A stretch of 64,000 bases of DNA from Phallusia mammillata. Taxonomy: Eukaryota. Positions 24,444-39,000 of this stretch are shown here, piece after piece. The DNA is taken from NCBI GenBank assembly GCA_965637545.1, contig OZ281497.1, positions 21,204,001-21,268,000 on the forward strand, read 5' to 3'. The notes under the pieces are model-generated. The model had not been told where the DNA came from. It made no database searches and saw nothing but the letters and a program-made list of their open reading frames with translations. Numbering within the stretch: position 1 is the first letter of the stretch; each line of letters opens with the position of its first letter. The position numbers and the translations under genes were made by a program.

Positions 24444-27400
24444 TTATCCTTTCTTGTTCTGGTGATCTATTGCTTGCCGAATGTCTTGGGATCGGTTCTT
24501 GTACTTGCGTTTGATTTCTGTGATGTAATCATTTTCCTCTTTATCGAGGATCTTGATAAACATCTGCAGTTCTCCAACAGAAAATGACTCCCACTATGCA
24601 AAAATATGTGTTAAAACATTTGGTCAGTGTCGGGTAAATAGGTCCAATATAATACAACAAAGAAACACAGAAGACAATATCACATCACACTGCTAAATTA
24701 AAGTTTAATACAGGGGTGCAAAAATGCGGTAGCGCGGTCGCGCCGCGCGATTATAAATTCGGCGTGTGCGACTGTAATTTCTTCCCATCTACTTGGAGGT
24801 AGTATATATTTTTTGAACTAATTTACTCAGATAGTGCTAAAACACTGAAGAAATGGCCCCACTTGAGGACAAAATGAGTTTCAGACAACGATCAACCAAT
24901 ATTGCCTTTTCCATAAAAACACGCATGGATCAGCCCGCTACCACAATAGGTTGGTCGCATGCTAAATTTTTAAATTTGCCACACTTTTGAGGCACTGTCG
25001 CGATGCTATGCAAACTGCGCACAAAGTGCCGATTCTGCAAACACCAATTGACATAGCTTAACAATGACCGTCGTAATTAGAAGTGACTTACTTCCTCTCT
25101 TTTACAAACGCGATATACTCTCTCAGAATAAAATCCATTCCCACACCTCGGGCGCAGAATGTGACGTCACTCATGCTAAGCGCCGTGGGGATGGTGCAAT
25201 CGGTCACGTGTTCGGTCACAAAATGATTTGCAACGCGCATCCACTCAACAAAACGACACATACGCCGCACATACATATCTTACGGATTCGTGGCTCACAG
25301 CGCAATTTTTCGGCAACCTGTGAAAAGTACCTTTCTCGTATCAAGCTACAATGTTTCGTCTTGATCGTTTTTACGTTTGTTTAACTTACACTTGTGTTTT
25401 ATCCAGTAAATGTTTAGCTAAGTTAACAGAACTAAACGCGTATAACCACACCAAACAAGCCAAGGTCATTTTTTTCAATTCCTCGTATGGTGCGTCGGAA
25501 AACACAGATCATACGTTGTCGTATTGCAGACTTTTTTGTTCGGTCGCAATGAACGAGTGTAGAGGAAATTCCCACGAAATTCGTTTGAAATTTCTGGAAA
25601 AAAACCTTCTTGCCAACAGGCTATGCTTTGTCCTGATGCCATGCAAGCACAGAAGTGCACAACGTGCAGCCTTCAAGATGAACTGGTCCAGCCGGGAAAA
25701 TTTACATTTAAATATATGTGCTGGTGGCTGTGAGTTGATTCAACCTTTAATATTTGTGTGCAAACAATGCTAAATATACAGCCAGCACACAACCTAACAA
25801 TATTGTTAATGAGAAGTGGTAAGGACATATATGTATGTTATATTAGCCCCTACACTGTTGGTGTAGATAAGGCTAAAACACATGCGCTACTAAAAATTAT
25901 GGCGCGCTACCAAACTCCGAAAAAATTTTTGCACCCCTGGTTTAATACTCCTTATGCCAACAAACCAAATGTCTTTCAGAGTATTACTTTCTAAACTAGG
26001 CGAAGGAAATATGGATTTAAATTCTTTTCAAGGTGCAAAAGGGCAAAATTTAGACAAATATCATGTTTAGCAAGAAACCAAAGTTAGATATGTTTCAGTA
26101 AAGCTTAGCACTTGAAAACATCTAACAAAAAGTCACTGAATTGAACCCCACCACTACCCCAGTAACGCTTTTCAACTTACATGTATATCTCTAGATTCAT
26201 TTTCTTGCAAAATAAAGCCCTTCTTTTCACTGCTTCCATTTCCCCATAAAAGTCGAAGAAACAACGGCCTCTCTTTGGGGAGCATCTTTCTCAAAATCAC
26301 TGCATGATAAAAAGTAACGGTTGGTAACAGCATGGCCTAACAGCCTTGGTTCAAGTATTACCAAGCTTTTGTGCTAATTCAAATGAACCCACCATGTCCT
26401 TCTTCTCTGAACTGCTTCTCAAACAGAGCAAACTTCATTGGATTATCACTGATGTTGTATTTGGTAAGAAGAGCTTGAACCACCTGCGCTGCTGTTGTGT
26501 CCGATGTCAAATGCAAAGCCTTGACTGCTCCCTAAAATACAAAACAGTTTTTACTAACAGGCATTTAAAGCAATAGTAATATTTGGAGCAGTGGTTCTCA
26601 ACCTGTAGTACGCCAGAACTTTTAAGGTGGTACCCGTTTCAAGTCAGATCATGAAATGCAACTTAGCTGACTCAACTAATCTGCCCTGGTTATGTGCGAC
26701 ACTCATGTCATTCCTTTGGAATTGCTAGCCTTGCTGGTTGCAGAAATATGCTAGTATAGTCAAGAAGAACAGGCCAAGCTCTTGGTCTACCCATCCAAAC
26801 AGGGTTTAGGTGGAGCGCCATCAGTATATGGTTGAGAACCACTGATTAACAGTTTTGTTTGTTTTTGTGATTTCAACACGCAGCACACAGTTTTGCAGTT
26901 ACACTACACATACCTTGTCAATGTAAAAAGACGATTTCTTTGGATTTTTCCTGGAAGTTTTAGCAGCATCCATTACACTGACTGGTCGAGTAAGGTTCAT
27001 TGTCACACGGATAAAACCTCTAAATGTTTCCCCGTCCTCTTGCTAAGTAGAATACAGTTCAACACGTTAAAGTGTGCTTATTTTGGTCTGAGATATAATC
27101 GTACATCATTTTACATATTTTAACAATCTAGTGCCTTATGGATGTTGACACAAAAGTTAAGTGCTTTTGGCTAAACAGAAATTATAGGTTCTATTTAGTG
27201 TGTGATGCTAAGTTCAAAATATGACTGGTTTAACGTTTTCAGTATATTTTCTTCACTAAACTTTGACATTAATTTAATGCTTGTCTCTGGGACAGCTAAT
27301 AAAAACAATAGTGAGTGGTGGGTTTTAGTTCATACCAGTGTCATTTGTTGACTTCCTTTAACTGTAAGATTGAATTCCTCAATTTTTTGTTGAATCTCCT

Positions 27401-30400
27401 CAATAGAGATGACCCGTTGAATTGTGTTATATTCCTTCAGTGTTGACTACAAAACAATGTTAATCATACATAGATCATTGACTGTACAAGACAGACATAC
27501 TTCAAATATTCAAAAGTATTGCAAGAGTAATGTTTTACAACCAAGCTTACAGATAGGAGAACATGCTGTAGTCCAGAGGTCTGTGTACCCTCTTAGACAG
27601 GTGGTTCTTAGCCAGGGGCACATGTACCCAACCCCTAGGGATATGAAGCACCCAGGCAGGGAGGTATTAAATGGCATGCAAACAAATGTTCTTTTAGGCT
27701 TATTTGTTAAAAAGTAATGTTTTAGTATGGCTTAGAATATTTATCAATAACATACATAAAACATCACTGAATATGCAAAAAGGTTGTTTTTACTAGAATT
27801 TAGTTCCGTCAGAGTGCAAAACAAATGAAAAACTACTTGCTTATAATCTCTTTCTGGTTCAAAAAAGTTCAAATTATGTAATACACCCACCTCGTCAGTT
27901 GTTTCCTGTACAATAGTTTTGTAAAGGCTCAAAGCACTCGTTTCATTTAGCGTCAAACTTCGTGCTTGTTGCTGATCTGCTTCACAGGTGAGAGAAACTG
28001 TAAGAGCACACTTTCCATGACACACCATCTTGCATTCTGCACAAAAAAATACATCAAGTTTCAGCCACTGCTTGGTTCCCAGCTGCATCTAGATCTTAAC
28101 CATGCTTGCAGCCTTTAATAGACTGATGTGAAATCAATGATGCAAGTTTTGCACTAGAACTTTGTTTCTTTTGTATTTTTATAGTTTTAGGTATCTTCCA
28201 AACTAAACTGAGATTTAACTTTTGCCCTGATGCTAAAAATACCTTGTTTGTGTTAAACAACAAACAGCAAAGATACAACTATTTAATCAGTCAAACTTGA
28301 CAAAACTTAAAACATAAGTGTTTAGCAAAAAAACGGTCTCAAAACAATTATTGTGATGAAAAAAATATCAGCAAAGATTATTCAATCAATGGTTATATTC
28401 AAAAACAAGTAAATGCGCAGAGAGGGTCAGTAAATAGTAGGTGTCCCTTGGACTTGGGTAAGCAAACTTTATGCCACACTTTTTACCATTGCACAACACG
28501 CTACTATAGTGCAAAAATCACTACAAACATTATATTTTTGAAAATGCCACACTTAAAATCATTGTGAAGTTTTCAAGTGTGCAGTGTTAGAAAGTGATGG
28601 AAATTGATACAGTTGAACTAATAGTCACCATAATTTTACTGTCAATTTAAATTAAAGCCTAATAATTAGCCTGGGAAACAAGCAATTAATGTGTTTCATC
28701 AGCCTGACACTTGGCACCTTTGTGGGACTATTATTCTGTAAGATGGTATATAATGTGCTGACCAGTGATGGTTTTCATATTGAAAAAAAAACAGGGAAAG
28801 AGGTTTAAAATTCTACAAAATGTAATGAGGTAAAATGGATACACTGACCCCAACAGGAAATTACACATGAGTAATTCTTATCAGAAGCAAAAGTAAACCA
28901 TTAAGTAGGTAATACATAACAATAGCTAAGTAGTTTGATCAATCTACTTGCAAGCCATAACTTGCACAACCAAAAATACATAAATCAAGATTCTAACTAT
29001 AAACACTTTTTGAACTTCCTTCTAAAAAATCAACATTTATTGATATTACAATATAAATAAATTAAAGCTTATCAATAAATTGATCAATGGTGTGGCATCA
29101 GACTTACTTGTACATGTTACACATTTTCCGAAAAGCGAAAGAATAACACTTCCACAGGCATCGCACCAGTTCACCCATTCCTTTAATTCGTGAGGTTGGA
29201 AATCATGACCCACCTTGGCTGGTTTTATGTTTGTAGTGGCTAAAAAGTAAATATTTATCATTCATATAAGGTTCTGTTGACCGACTATTACTTTTTAAGG
29301 TTTGACTGCCACAATATCACTTTAAACACACTTTATGATTTGTCTAATTAATTGCTGTAATGTCAATTAAAATATCTTTTAATGTTTGTCTGATTTAACT
29401 ACAGTTAGGTACATTTACCACAAATTTTACAGTATTGTATTCAAACCTTTTGTTTTTTTTGTGATCTCAGAATTAGCTCTGGGTTTTCTTTGCTGTTGTG
29501 GGGGAGATTGCTTTTCTGCCTTATTTGACACCATCTCTGGTAGTACCACATCTTCGCTTGATCGTTGATATGACACAACAATATCACTGCGTGACTTAGG
29601 GGGTATGACTGGTGAGGAAACAGCTCGCGATCGACCTACTTCTGGGCTGCATGAATCAAGGCAAACATAAAAGATAAAGTAAACTATCTGTGAATCACAG
29701 GGAATAACTGCCCGAGTTTTCTGCAACTTAGATTAAAAGGTTAGTTACGTACACATAATGAAGAGTGTAACACTGAAACCATATCACACAGCATTGCAAC
29801 AAACGAATGACAAAATGCTTCATATGCCTATTTGGACAAGGATTGCATGCATGTTTTTATCATGAGTGAAAATCATTTAGACTTTTAAACACGAACACCC
29901 AATCACTATTTGAATTGTCAGTTATGAAAGTAAGTGTCAAAAAGTTTTAGTGTGGCAAATGGGCAATGACTGGTTAAGTTCTGTACCTATGTGGCTGAGT
30001 TGCTTTTTTCACAGGCGGCGATGTAGGCTTAGGTTGCATCGGCGCAACTACAGCAGTAGGTGGGGTGCTGCGAAATAACAAGCAAGTGTAGCAACATTAC
30101 ATAAGTTAAATTAACAATGCTGATGTTTACATGGGAAGTCCCATACCTGGGTGAGGTTGATTTTTCTTGACTTAGTGGTGGACCAGCCCGTTGCCAAGCT
30201 TTAGGTGGTTTGTTTGCTGCAGGCTTTGGTTTATTTGCTGCAGTGTTTTGTACTGCTGCTGGTGGTGGAGCAGCTGCAACACTTGGAGGAGACCATCTAA
30301 ACAAACCAAATACAGGAAAATATGTGTTTTTGTTTACAGAAATGCAAACAAATAAATTCAAGTTTGACCAATATATATGATTTACAAAACAATTTGTTGA

Positions 30401-31626
30401 GAGAGGTTGCCAATTACAAACATTAAAAACAACCAGTCAGTAATAACTTACCACACTCATACTTCACACAAATTAGGATTACCATACTTACTTTGTGGAG
30501 GCACTGTTTGTTGCATTGACTCTTGCAACCACTGCTGGAGTTGTTGGTTTTGGTGGAGATGCCATTGGGGTGGGTTTCTTTTCTGCTTGAACTGAAGCTG
30601 GAACTGTCTTCTTAACAGGTTCAATAAGAGGCTTTGGTTGTGGATATGATTGTTTTTTTGGAAAAGCTGGTGGTGACTTTGCATTGTTCTTTGTTTGATT
30701 TGGTTGAAACCTGTTTGCCATTGATTTTACTGATGTGTCAGTTTCCTTAGTAACAGGTGTTACTTGTGTGGCAACCGGAGTTGGTGCTTTCTTTTTTGCC
30801 TGATGCAAACTTGGATTGATTGCAGCCTCTTTAGATGTAAACATCTGAACATGTGCTTCATTCAGTTTGGGCATTATGTCAGCAAGGTCTTTTGAAACCT
30901 TGGGACTGGGTGACCTTTCAGGTTTGGATAATCCCTTGGCCGGTGTAAAATTTGAATTGTTGTTTTGCCATCTATTGGGCACCGTGTTTTTTGGTCTAAG
31001 AAACAAAAACATGTGTTTATTTACAAAATTATAATAATAGTAGTGGTAGTGCTATAGAGAAGTGTACCAAGGGTGTTGTATCATTATTTGGGGCAAACTC
31101 AAATTTAGTTATGATTTACAGCTTCTACACCAAGGGTTGCCAACCTTTGCAGCTAGAATTGCAAGTTGTTTAGTTAATGATAAAAAATGAGCACTATTGC
31201 AATCACATGACCAAAATTGTCAATGAAAATCAGCAATAGTTGTTTTTATGGTTATTTAGGTGTTTCATTCAGTGTTCCAGGCTGTACCATGCATCAAGAG
31301 CAGCAGGTTGGTGAAAACAAAGTGTTGAGTTCTTTCTTTTGGGACATTAAGATTATTAATGATATGCAGAGAGACAGCAAATTGAAGAGTACCGAGTCAA
31401 ATTTAAAACAAGTTCAATTATTTAATAACCTTGGCGGATTGACTGATGATATACCACGTCCACTTGAAGCTGTTCCAACAACAAATGGCTTTGGTGCTTG
31501 ATTGTTGACCTTTGAGGCACTTTTCTTGGGACTTCCAGGGCCTGACTGACCAACATGTCGCATTAATCTATTTCTTTCATGAGGAGATAAGTTTTTCATC
31601 AAATCGGCCTCAGAAGAATTTGCCAT
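24444..31626 (-). CDS. RASSF1/5: Ras association domain family protein, C-terminal RASSF (RASSF1/5 type: C1, RA, SARAH) with a long Pro/Lys-rich N-terminus
   Basis: Exons 31430-31626, 30492-30995, 30147-30296, 29447-29646, 29108-29239, 27891-28036, 27336-27446, 26914-27042, 26393-26531, 26181-26299, 24444-24593. C1 domain HDFQ..WCDACG..CVTCTKCKMVCHGKCALTVSLTC. RA domain IQQKIEEFN..FRGFIRVTMNLTRPV..ALHLTSDTTAAQVVQALLTKY..NPMKFALFE. SARAH WESFSVGELQMFIKILDKEENDYITEIKRKY. Confidence 0.92.
24711..25939. mobile_element. Non-autonomous hAT (Buster/Charlie-type) DNA transposon, 1229 bp
   Basis: Perfect 15-bp TIR CAGGGGTGCAAAAAT and perfect 8-bp TSD GTTTAATA (24703-24710, 25940-25947). Lies in the last RASSF intron; no transposase ORF recognised. 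Confidence 0.9.
26589..26844. mobile_element. hAT-type MITE
   Basis: Perfect 15-bp TIR CAGTGGTTCTCAACC / GGTTGAGAACCACTG. The 8-bp flanks match only partly (ATTTGGAG / ATTAACAG). Confidence 0.7.
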
Positions 31627-31699
31627 GTTTTGTGTATTTTTTTAGTACAATTTAAACACACATCTTACATCAAACATTAATAAAAATCTAAAGAAAATG

Positions 31700-33000
31700 C
31701 TTAACATGTTAACAATGTCACAAACAAGAAAACGAATATTTTAGGTTAAGACAAACTCACTGTGCTTGGACAATATGCACTAATTTACAATATCGTTTCT
31801 TAGAAAAAAATTAACGAAACAATTGAAACGAAAATAGAATTGTGCTAAAATCACAAACATTACAGACTAAACAAACTGAGTAAACAACACCATTCTCTGG
31901 ATTTTCATTGTGAATGTGAAGTAGTGTGGTCAGTCAACCGTGACTAAGTTCCGACACGCCGAAAATAAATATTTTTTATGTTTTGGAGATACCGATACTA
32001 AAATTTACCAGAGTGAGTAAATTTGTGCTTAAAATACCAGTTTTATTTGGACAAATAGCTTTAAAGTTGAAGTCATACTCCGACTGTTTTGCTTTCAAAA
32101 ACCTTTGAAACACTGGGTCACAAATTAAGAATCTCAAAATAAACAAGTTTTTGTGTGAAAGAATCTGTGTTATTATTTATATTACGGTGATAACTACGAT
32201 GTGTCAAAAGATTCGCACATTCAGAACACAACAATTCTTTCGGTTATGACACTCAGACGTACACAGCGGCAAAGCATTTTTCAAAACCTCTTGTAAACAA
32301 TTGATTGTTCACTGATCGTAATTTGAGAATGGTAACGCGACGCATGCTCGCTTGACTGGCACTAGTTTGGAAGTTGCTGGCAGCAGCAACATACCAACTA
32401 GGTAACGGCAAAAGAATGCCAACTAATATCGGCAAACAGCATTATATGGGTGTTTGATGCAATAAGTTCACTTGTTTTTCATGAAAACCAACGCAGCTTG
32501 CATTTTTAAACAGTGATCGTCCTCTATTGTCAGATGCCTTCAGTGCGAAATTTGGTGTTAACTTAACTTAGCTGGTGTAAATAAGCAGCCCATTGTCAGC
32601 AAAATAGCGTTTAACGTGAAATTTTTCTGTAGACTTGCGAACTCAGGTTAGCATGCGCATTTGATTTGTTTTTGTCACGTGACCAAAACAAAATTGTGCA
32701 TTGGTGCAAAGCGTGTGTGAACTGTGAATATGTCTGTGTGTGTGGCTGTGTGCTATTCTTATGTATCTGGCAGAAAAAGTGATGTTTGGATGTTTATGTT
32801 ACATTGTTAGTTTTGGGGTTAAAATGTTTAAGTTCGCAATTGCTGTGTTTATTGGACCCTCACAAGCACTTAAGTAAGTTGTAAGACCTCTCAAGATTGG
32901 CACTTGACTGTTTTTAAAGTGCTTGAAACATACCCAGTACAAATTTAAATGTGATACTTTGCTTTGAACAGCATTAACATTTTGTAAATTAAGAGTGCTG
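31700..33000. promoter_or_regulatory. Probable divergent promoter region between RASSF (-) and SFI1-like (+)
   Basis: Head-to-head start codons at 31626 and about 33058. GCATGCGCAT (NRF1-like, about 32651) and GTCACGTGAC (about 32675) motifs lie between them. Confidence 0.4.
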
Positions 33001-33057
33001 GTTGTGTTTGCCACTAGCCTGGCAAGTGGTCTTGCGCCTTTGATATGTTGGTGCACT

Positions 33058-36000
33058 ATGTCTCAAACTGGGCAAAAGAGAAATGCAAAAAAGCAGTGCA
33101 ACATGTCCGATGTAAGCATGTTGCAAGAGAGCACCACACCAAGGATTCAATACAGTCCTAGAGATGCAAAGGAGTCCAAGTTTTCACTGCGACAGACCAA
33201 CATCTATTCGTCACCTGTGGTATACCAGCACGCTGCAGGGAAATTTCAATCCAATTTCCATAATCCTTTGACAGCTTTGTTGCCAGTATCAAGACATTAT
33301 CTTAGCGATGATGTGGTGAAATGTAAAAGTCCACAAACATCAACCAAGACCAAAAATGTTGTTACCAAATCAAAACTCAGGCAATCCACAGCTGAAGCAA
33401 ATAAATTTGTTGATGATCCTACTCCAATCACATTTCTACCACATGAGAACGATCAGTTTTCTGCAAGTTGTAATTTCAAGAAAACAGACTTTAGCAATTG
33501 TGCCTATCCTCAGACAAAGCTTGAAGACACCTCCACCAAAAGGGAAAATGCGAACTTTGAGACTTTTGTCAAAACCAAAAAAATAAGTAAAAGTCCAGTG
33601 CCCCAACAGATCAAAAATAATATTGTAGTTCCTGAATCTGGGTCTCAAAAAGAACTGAAAAACTTTTTATCAAGCATCACTAGCTTACTCAATTTATCAG
33701 AAGATGAGCTTCAAGAGCCTGAAGAAATATGTGCAGTACATGAACCAGAACCTGATTACGAAACCCTATTAATGCTTAATTCCCAAACTTGTGAAAGAAG
33801 CAAGGAAATCCATGATGAAGAACTGGGGTGTCGCAATGAAAATGTTCAACCATATGCAAAAGATGGCAAACCTGCAAAACCGTCTAAGTTGTTTAGTACA
33901 ATTCATGCACCACTACTTACTGAGAAACCAGGTCAATGTCAATTAAGGACACATAAACTTACTAGAAACAGCACAAGATCCAAATATTCCTTGAAAACAA
34001 CTGTAAAGCCTGCAAGCTTGACAACTAAAACCATTTTAAGTAAATCAGTTGCACCAGTTCATAACCCAGATGTCTTAGCCTCCAAAAAAAGATCTGAAGA
34101 TTCCTTAAAAACTGTAAGGCCTATACACTTGGCAACTGACACCTTTTCAAGTAAATCAGTTGCACCAGTTTATAACCCTGTTGTCATAGTCACCAACCAT
34201 GTCAAAGGTGACTTTATTAAGCCCGAAAATAAGGATCATGAGTACTCGGAATCAGTACAATGTGAAGTGACGAGTGATGATGAAGATGATTTGATCACTA
34301 GTTTGGATCACTTCCTGCATTCTGGCACAAATCATGCATCTTCATTGGGCACATCTTTAAGACTAATGCGTGTTTATCAAAGATTAAAAGGACAGAATGA
34401 GAAGGGCCGGGAAAGCACCTTAATCATGTCAAGGTCAGGCACTTTTATTTTTTAAGTATTTGCAATTGTTGTGATTTATTATAGTTGTCGCAAAGTTGGT
34501 TGATCTTGTATCTGAACAAAGCTGGTAAATTTGCTGTGATTTGAGTTAAATATACGACACTTGTATTACAGATATTTTCAAAAGTGGAAGCAGAACACCA
34601 AGTTGCAGCGACACTCGAAACAACAGGAAGTGCAGAAGTTGAAAAGGTAAAAAAGTGTTGTGCGCAAATATATGACAAATCCAATATCATTTGTGAGCTG
34701 TTTATTGTCAGAAGAAACTTAAGTAAACAAATTATATGATATAATGCTGGCATATTTTCATGTGTTTGTGTTTTTAATCAACTTGTGTGTGCAGTGCAAC
34801 TTCATTTCATTCACTTACATTGATCAGTCAACATTTCTATGCATGGAGGTTTTACTTATTAAAAAGGAAATTACAAGCACAAGAATTGCATCGCCTTCAT
34901 TTGCTTTCCAAGGGCTTGACTGGTATGCTTTACCATACGTTGTAATTGGAATATTTTATCGTCATCAAAAACATTCAAAACTTTAGAAAAAATGAAATAA
35001 CATCTATATTCTTAACAATACATTTGCTTAACAGGTTTAAAATGGTTTCATGGAAAATGCAAAGAGCGAGATGAATGGATAAGATCCAGATGCCAACACA
35101 AACTTTTGCATTCAGCCTTTACCCAATGGAAAGCTCAGTATGAAATTTTTGTTTAAGCATGCTAATGTGACAATTTTAAATAATAAGGAATCTGTTCACC
35201 AGATACAACTTAGCCCAACAAAGCAAACTAAAATCCAGTTTCCAAAGATGGAAATCACAATTGTTTCAACAAAGAACTTTAAATCAGTTGCTTGACAAAA
35301 AGAAAAGGATCACTTTGTTTAAGGTGTGGTGCTAAACATGCATTTTTTGTCAAGAAAGTTTATCATCTTTGAATTCATGTGTTATTGTAGAGTTTTTGCA
35401 CTTGGAAATTGGTGCATGAAAATCACCAGGTGGATTTAATGGCTCAGCATGTTTGGTCTGTAAAAATGAAACGGAAAATATTAGTTCGTTGGAAGATTTA
35501 TGCAGGTTTGTTATGTTACATGCCTTATTGTCATTCAATAACTACCCTAACTTGTTTGTTGTTGTTTTTGGAGAATTTTTTTCAAATGCATTGCAATTTT
35601 AATAAATTCAAATCATAGTGAAATCACAAATAATCAATCGGAAAATAATCCAAACTTCTGCAAACCAAAAATGTCACTTTTAAAGCTATGTGTTTTTTAT
35701 GTTTCCTTTTCGACATATTATTGCAAATATGTCCTATAGGTGCTTGTAGGATCCAACACAGTCACAATCAGACTGCAAACCAACAATTTGAACATCGTCT
35801 ACTGCATAAAACATTCCTGAGATGGAAAGAATCAAGAAAACATATCCAAGCAGCACAATGCATGTCAAATAAAAAGGTAATGAATCAGGGACCAAGTAGA
35901 GCACTAAAACCATAGTGTGTGAAATATATATGTGTATCCTCGCTTATCTGGAAAAATCTGTTGTTTGCTTGTCTTAATAAAAGCTTCATTTGTATTTGCA

Positions 36001-39000
36001 GATTTTGTCAACTTGGTTCAAAAATTGGCTGTATGTCACAAAGTTCATAAAATCGTCCCGTCGCAGACAATTTGCTGTTGTGGTGCAGATCAGACAAGCA
36101 AGTCTTATCAAACAGTCTCTTGGGATGTGGAGAAGAGAGTTAAAACTGAAAGTCTTTGTGTCTGAATCAAACAGGACAAAGTTAAGGTGAAACACTGCCA
36201 CAAATCCTATAGTATATATTATGCAGTCCCAAAAAGGATAAAAAGGCACTAAAATTGCTAAATGTGCATTTGCTTAATTACAAGCAATTGGTTTGTGATT
36301 GAACAACATTTACAGTATTATTAATACATCACAGAAAAAAGGGTAAATTTTAATCATATTTCATTTATATGCCGGCTAGTAAGTAATATGTTTTATAATG
36401 CATTCAGGGTTTTGTTTCACATTTGGAACAAATCCTTGCTTTTGGCTCTGAGAAAGAAAAGTGTTGCTGATCAGCACTGGCAAAAACTCAACCTCAAGCA
36501 CAACTTTCATGCTTGGAAGTCACATTGTGATGTCATAAAAAGGAACAGGTTGGCACTAGATTTTCTTGTTTGTATTTCCAACATTTAATACAACATTCCC
36601 TAATTGAGCTAATAGATAGAACTGTTAACAGCACAAATAGCATGAATTATTCAGTGGAACAGATGTTTGAATGCAATGTTTTATCTTCGCTAGAAAACAA
36701 GCTTGTGTGCATTTGATAAGATGCAGAGTGATTCCTCCATTCATGGACTGGAAATTGTTTGTACAAAAGAGAAAACTAAATGAGAAACGGTTGCAAGCAT
36801 ACACAACTGAACTTAATCAGGTAACCCTGGTTTGGACTAATCTTGTGTTTTACTAAACTGAATTTTTGGGTCTCCAAAGTTGGGATCTAGTATTTTCACA
36901 CAAAAAATTTAGGGTACCGAGTCTTCACTTTATTGCAATGACATTCAATTAAAAAAATATCCACAACTCTTCTGATTTTTTCCCCAAAGCTATAACTTAA
37001 AATAATATAGTGTAAGTAAAATGTTTCATTTCAGGATATTTGCTACAATGCTTTTATGACTTGGCGAGCAGCTTTTAACGAAAAACTGCTGACAATACAC
37101 TGGTATGAGCAATGGAGAGATGCTTGTGTGATGCAAGCTGTCAAACACTGGAAAGGATTTGTGCGCAAAAGAAGGTTCTACAGAAACCATGACAAACTTA
37201 TTGTACAAAGTAAGCAAAAGATATGACTGTTGTACCTATATAATTGATTTTTGATTTGATTGAAATGTGTAAGCTGCACTAAAATCAGGTGAATAGTAGT
37301 TATTTTCCAGGAGAATATATATTTAAATTAGATACTAAAATTGACATGAAATTGTGTGTACTGTTGGATGCTGTTTGTCCTAGGGCAGTAGTCGCGACGC
37401 CCTGGTGAGTCATTTTAATTTTCCAAGGGTGTCACAGAATAGTTCTGTTTCGTGGCTTTTTGTTGCTGTATCAATAAACACAACTTTAATAGTAAGTTTC
37501 CTCATTAACTTTTATTTGCTGGTGTGTCGCAAGTCCTGAAAATTTTTCCAGAGGCGTCGCAACAAACCACTGTTCTAGGGTTTTGCATGCTGAGTTTTAG
37601 AATTGTTGCTACAAAAGATTACACTAAAAAAGCTGTTGTTTCCAAAAATATAAAAAGATAAGTGAATCACACTTTAAAAAATATATAAGACCTGTTTCAA
37701 CAACACCTTCAGTGTACTATTCACACAGAATCAGTTACAGTTTATGTCCATGTAACCTACTAAAAAATAAAGAAATATGTTTTCTAATGAATATCAGTTT
37801 TCTAACAAACCATTATAACAAACTTATATTACAATCTCATCTATATTCTGTGTTCAGGGTGTTTTAACATATGGAAGGATGACCATCGTCATGAGCAAAA
37901 CTTGAGAGCTGACAAACTAGCTTCCATTTTGTTGAGAAAACAAGTTCAAAAGATGTTCTGTGCTTGGCATTCTGTGTGCCAGAGTTCCAAGTTAATCCAG
38001 CCTTTGGCCAGAAGAAAGGAAAGAAAAATATGTGCAAGGTAATAGGCTTGTGTAGAATAAAAACAATTAATCCACTTTATAACTCTGTGATCAGGACTTC
38101 CAAACACACCAGGTTTGTCACAATCTAAACTACCTGGTTCTTGTTAATGACATTTCAACATTTATTGTTATCTTATAGATTTTGCTTATTAATGTTTCAT
38201 CTGCAAGATTTACTTCTTAACCATTACCTGAATTAGTCAATACAAGTTAATTTTAAGCTGTCCCTCTGTTTCCTAGTGTAAATATTATATATTTCCAATT
38301 AAGGTATACCGCAAGGAAGTAAAGTGAATCAAAAATAAAGAACAATATATCATTTGCCATCTTTGTAAAAGTAAATTTACCAATGTAGGGCATTTGATGC
38401 TTGGAGAGCATGGATAGCAAGAAAACAAGCAATGGAATCTCTGGCATGTGAATTCACTCTGTGGAGAATGAAGCAACATTTCATGCACTGGAGAATGGAA
38501 CTAGACAGAAAACAAGTTGTTTGTGATTACTTGTCAAAAAAGAATGAGTACAAAATGAAGAAGTGCCTTATTATTTGGAAATTGGTAAGTGCATTTTGGT
38601 GATAATCAATTTGAATCTTCTATCTTAATTTGAAACGCGAATTAGTAAGACATGTTTTTGTGTCTAGCTCTTTTTTGTCACAAAACTCTTATCCATATTT
38701 TTTGTTTGTAGAGAACAATTAGTTTGAAGAAATCTAAGAAAAGACAACAGCACAAAACTCAAGTGGTTGTGGAATGCTTTGACAGGTAACACTGAGGTTA
38801 TCCATATGTAGAACTGTTCATTCTTGTGTGTCATTTAGCCAATTAGGTTTCAAGGACAACACTTTTTGCTGTTAACACACATAATGTTTTATCATGTAAT
38901 TGTCACAAGGTAATACTCCAAAAGTGCACAAAATAAAAAGTTTGATAGTAATCTCTATCACCACGAATTTAATTATTTGACTTACTAAAAGAACAAACAG

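Noticed and set aside
25064-25773. ORFs inside the 1.2-kb hAT element as transposase
   Set aside because: No BED finger, DDE or dimerisation motifs recognised.
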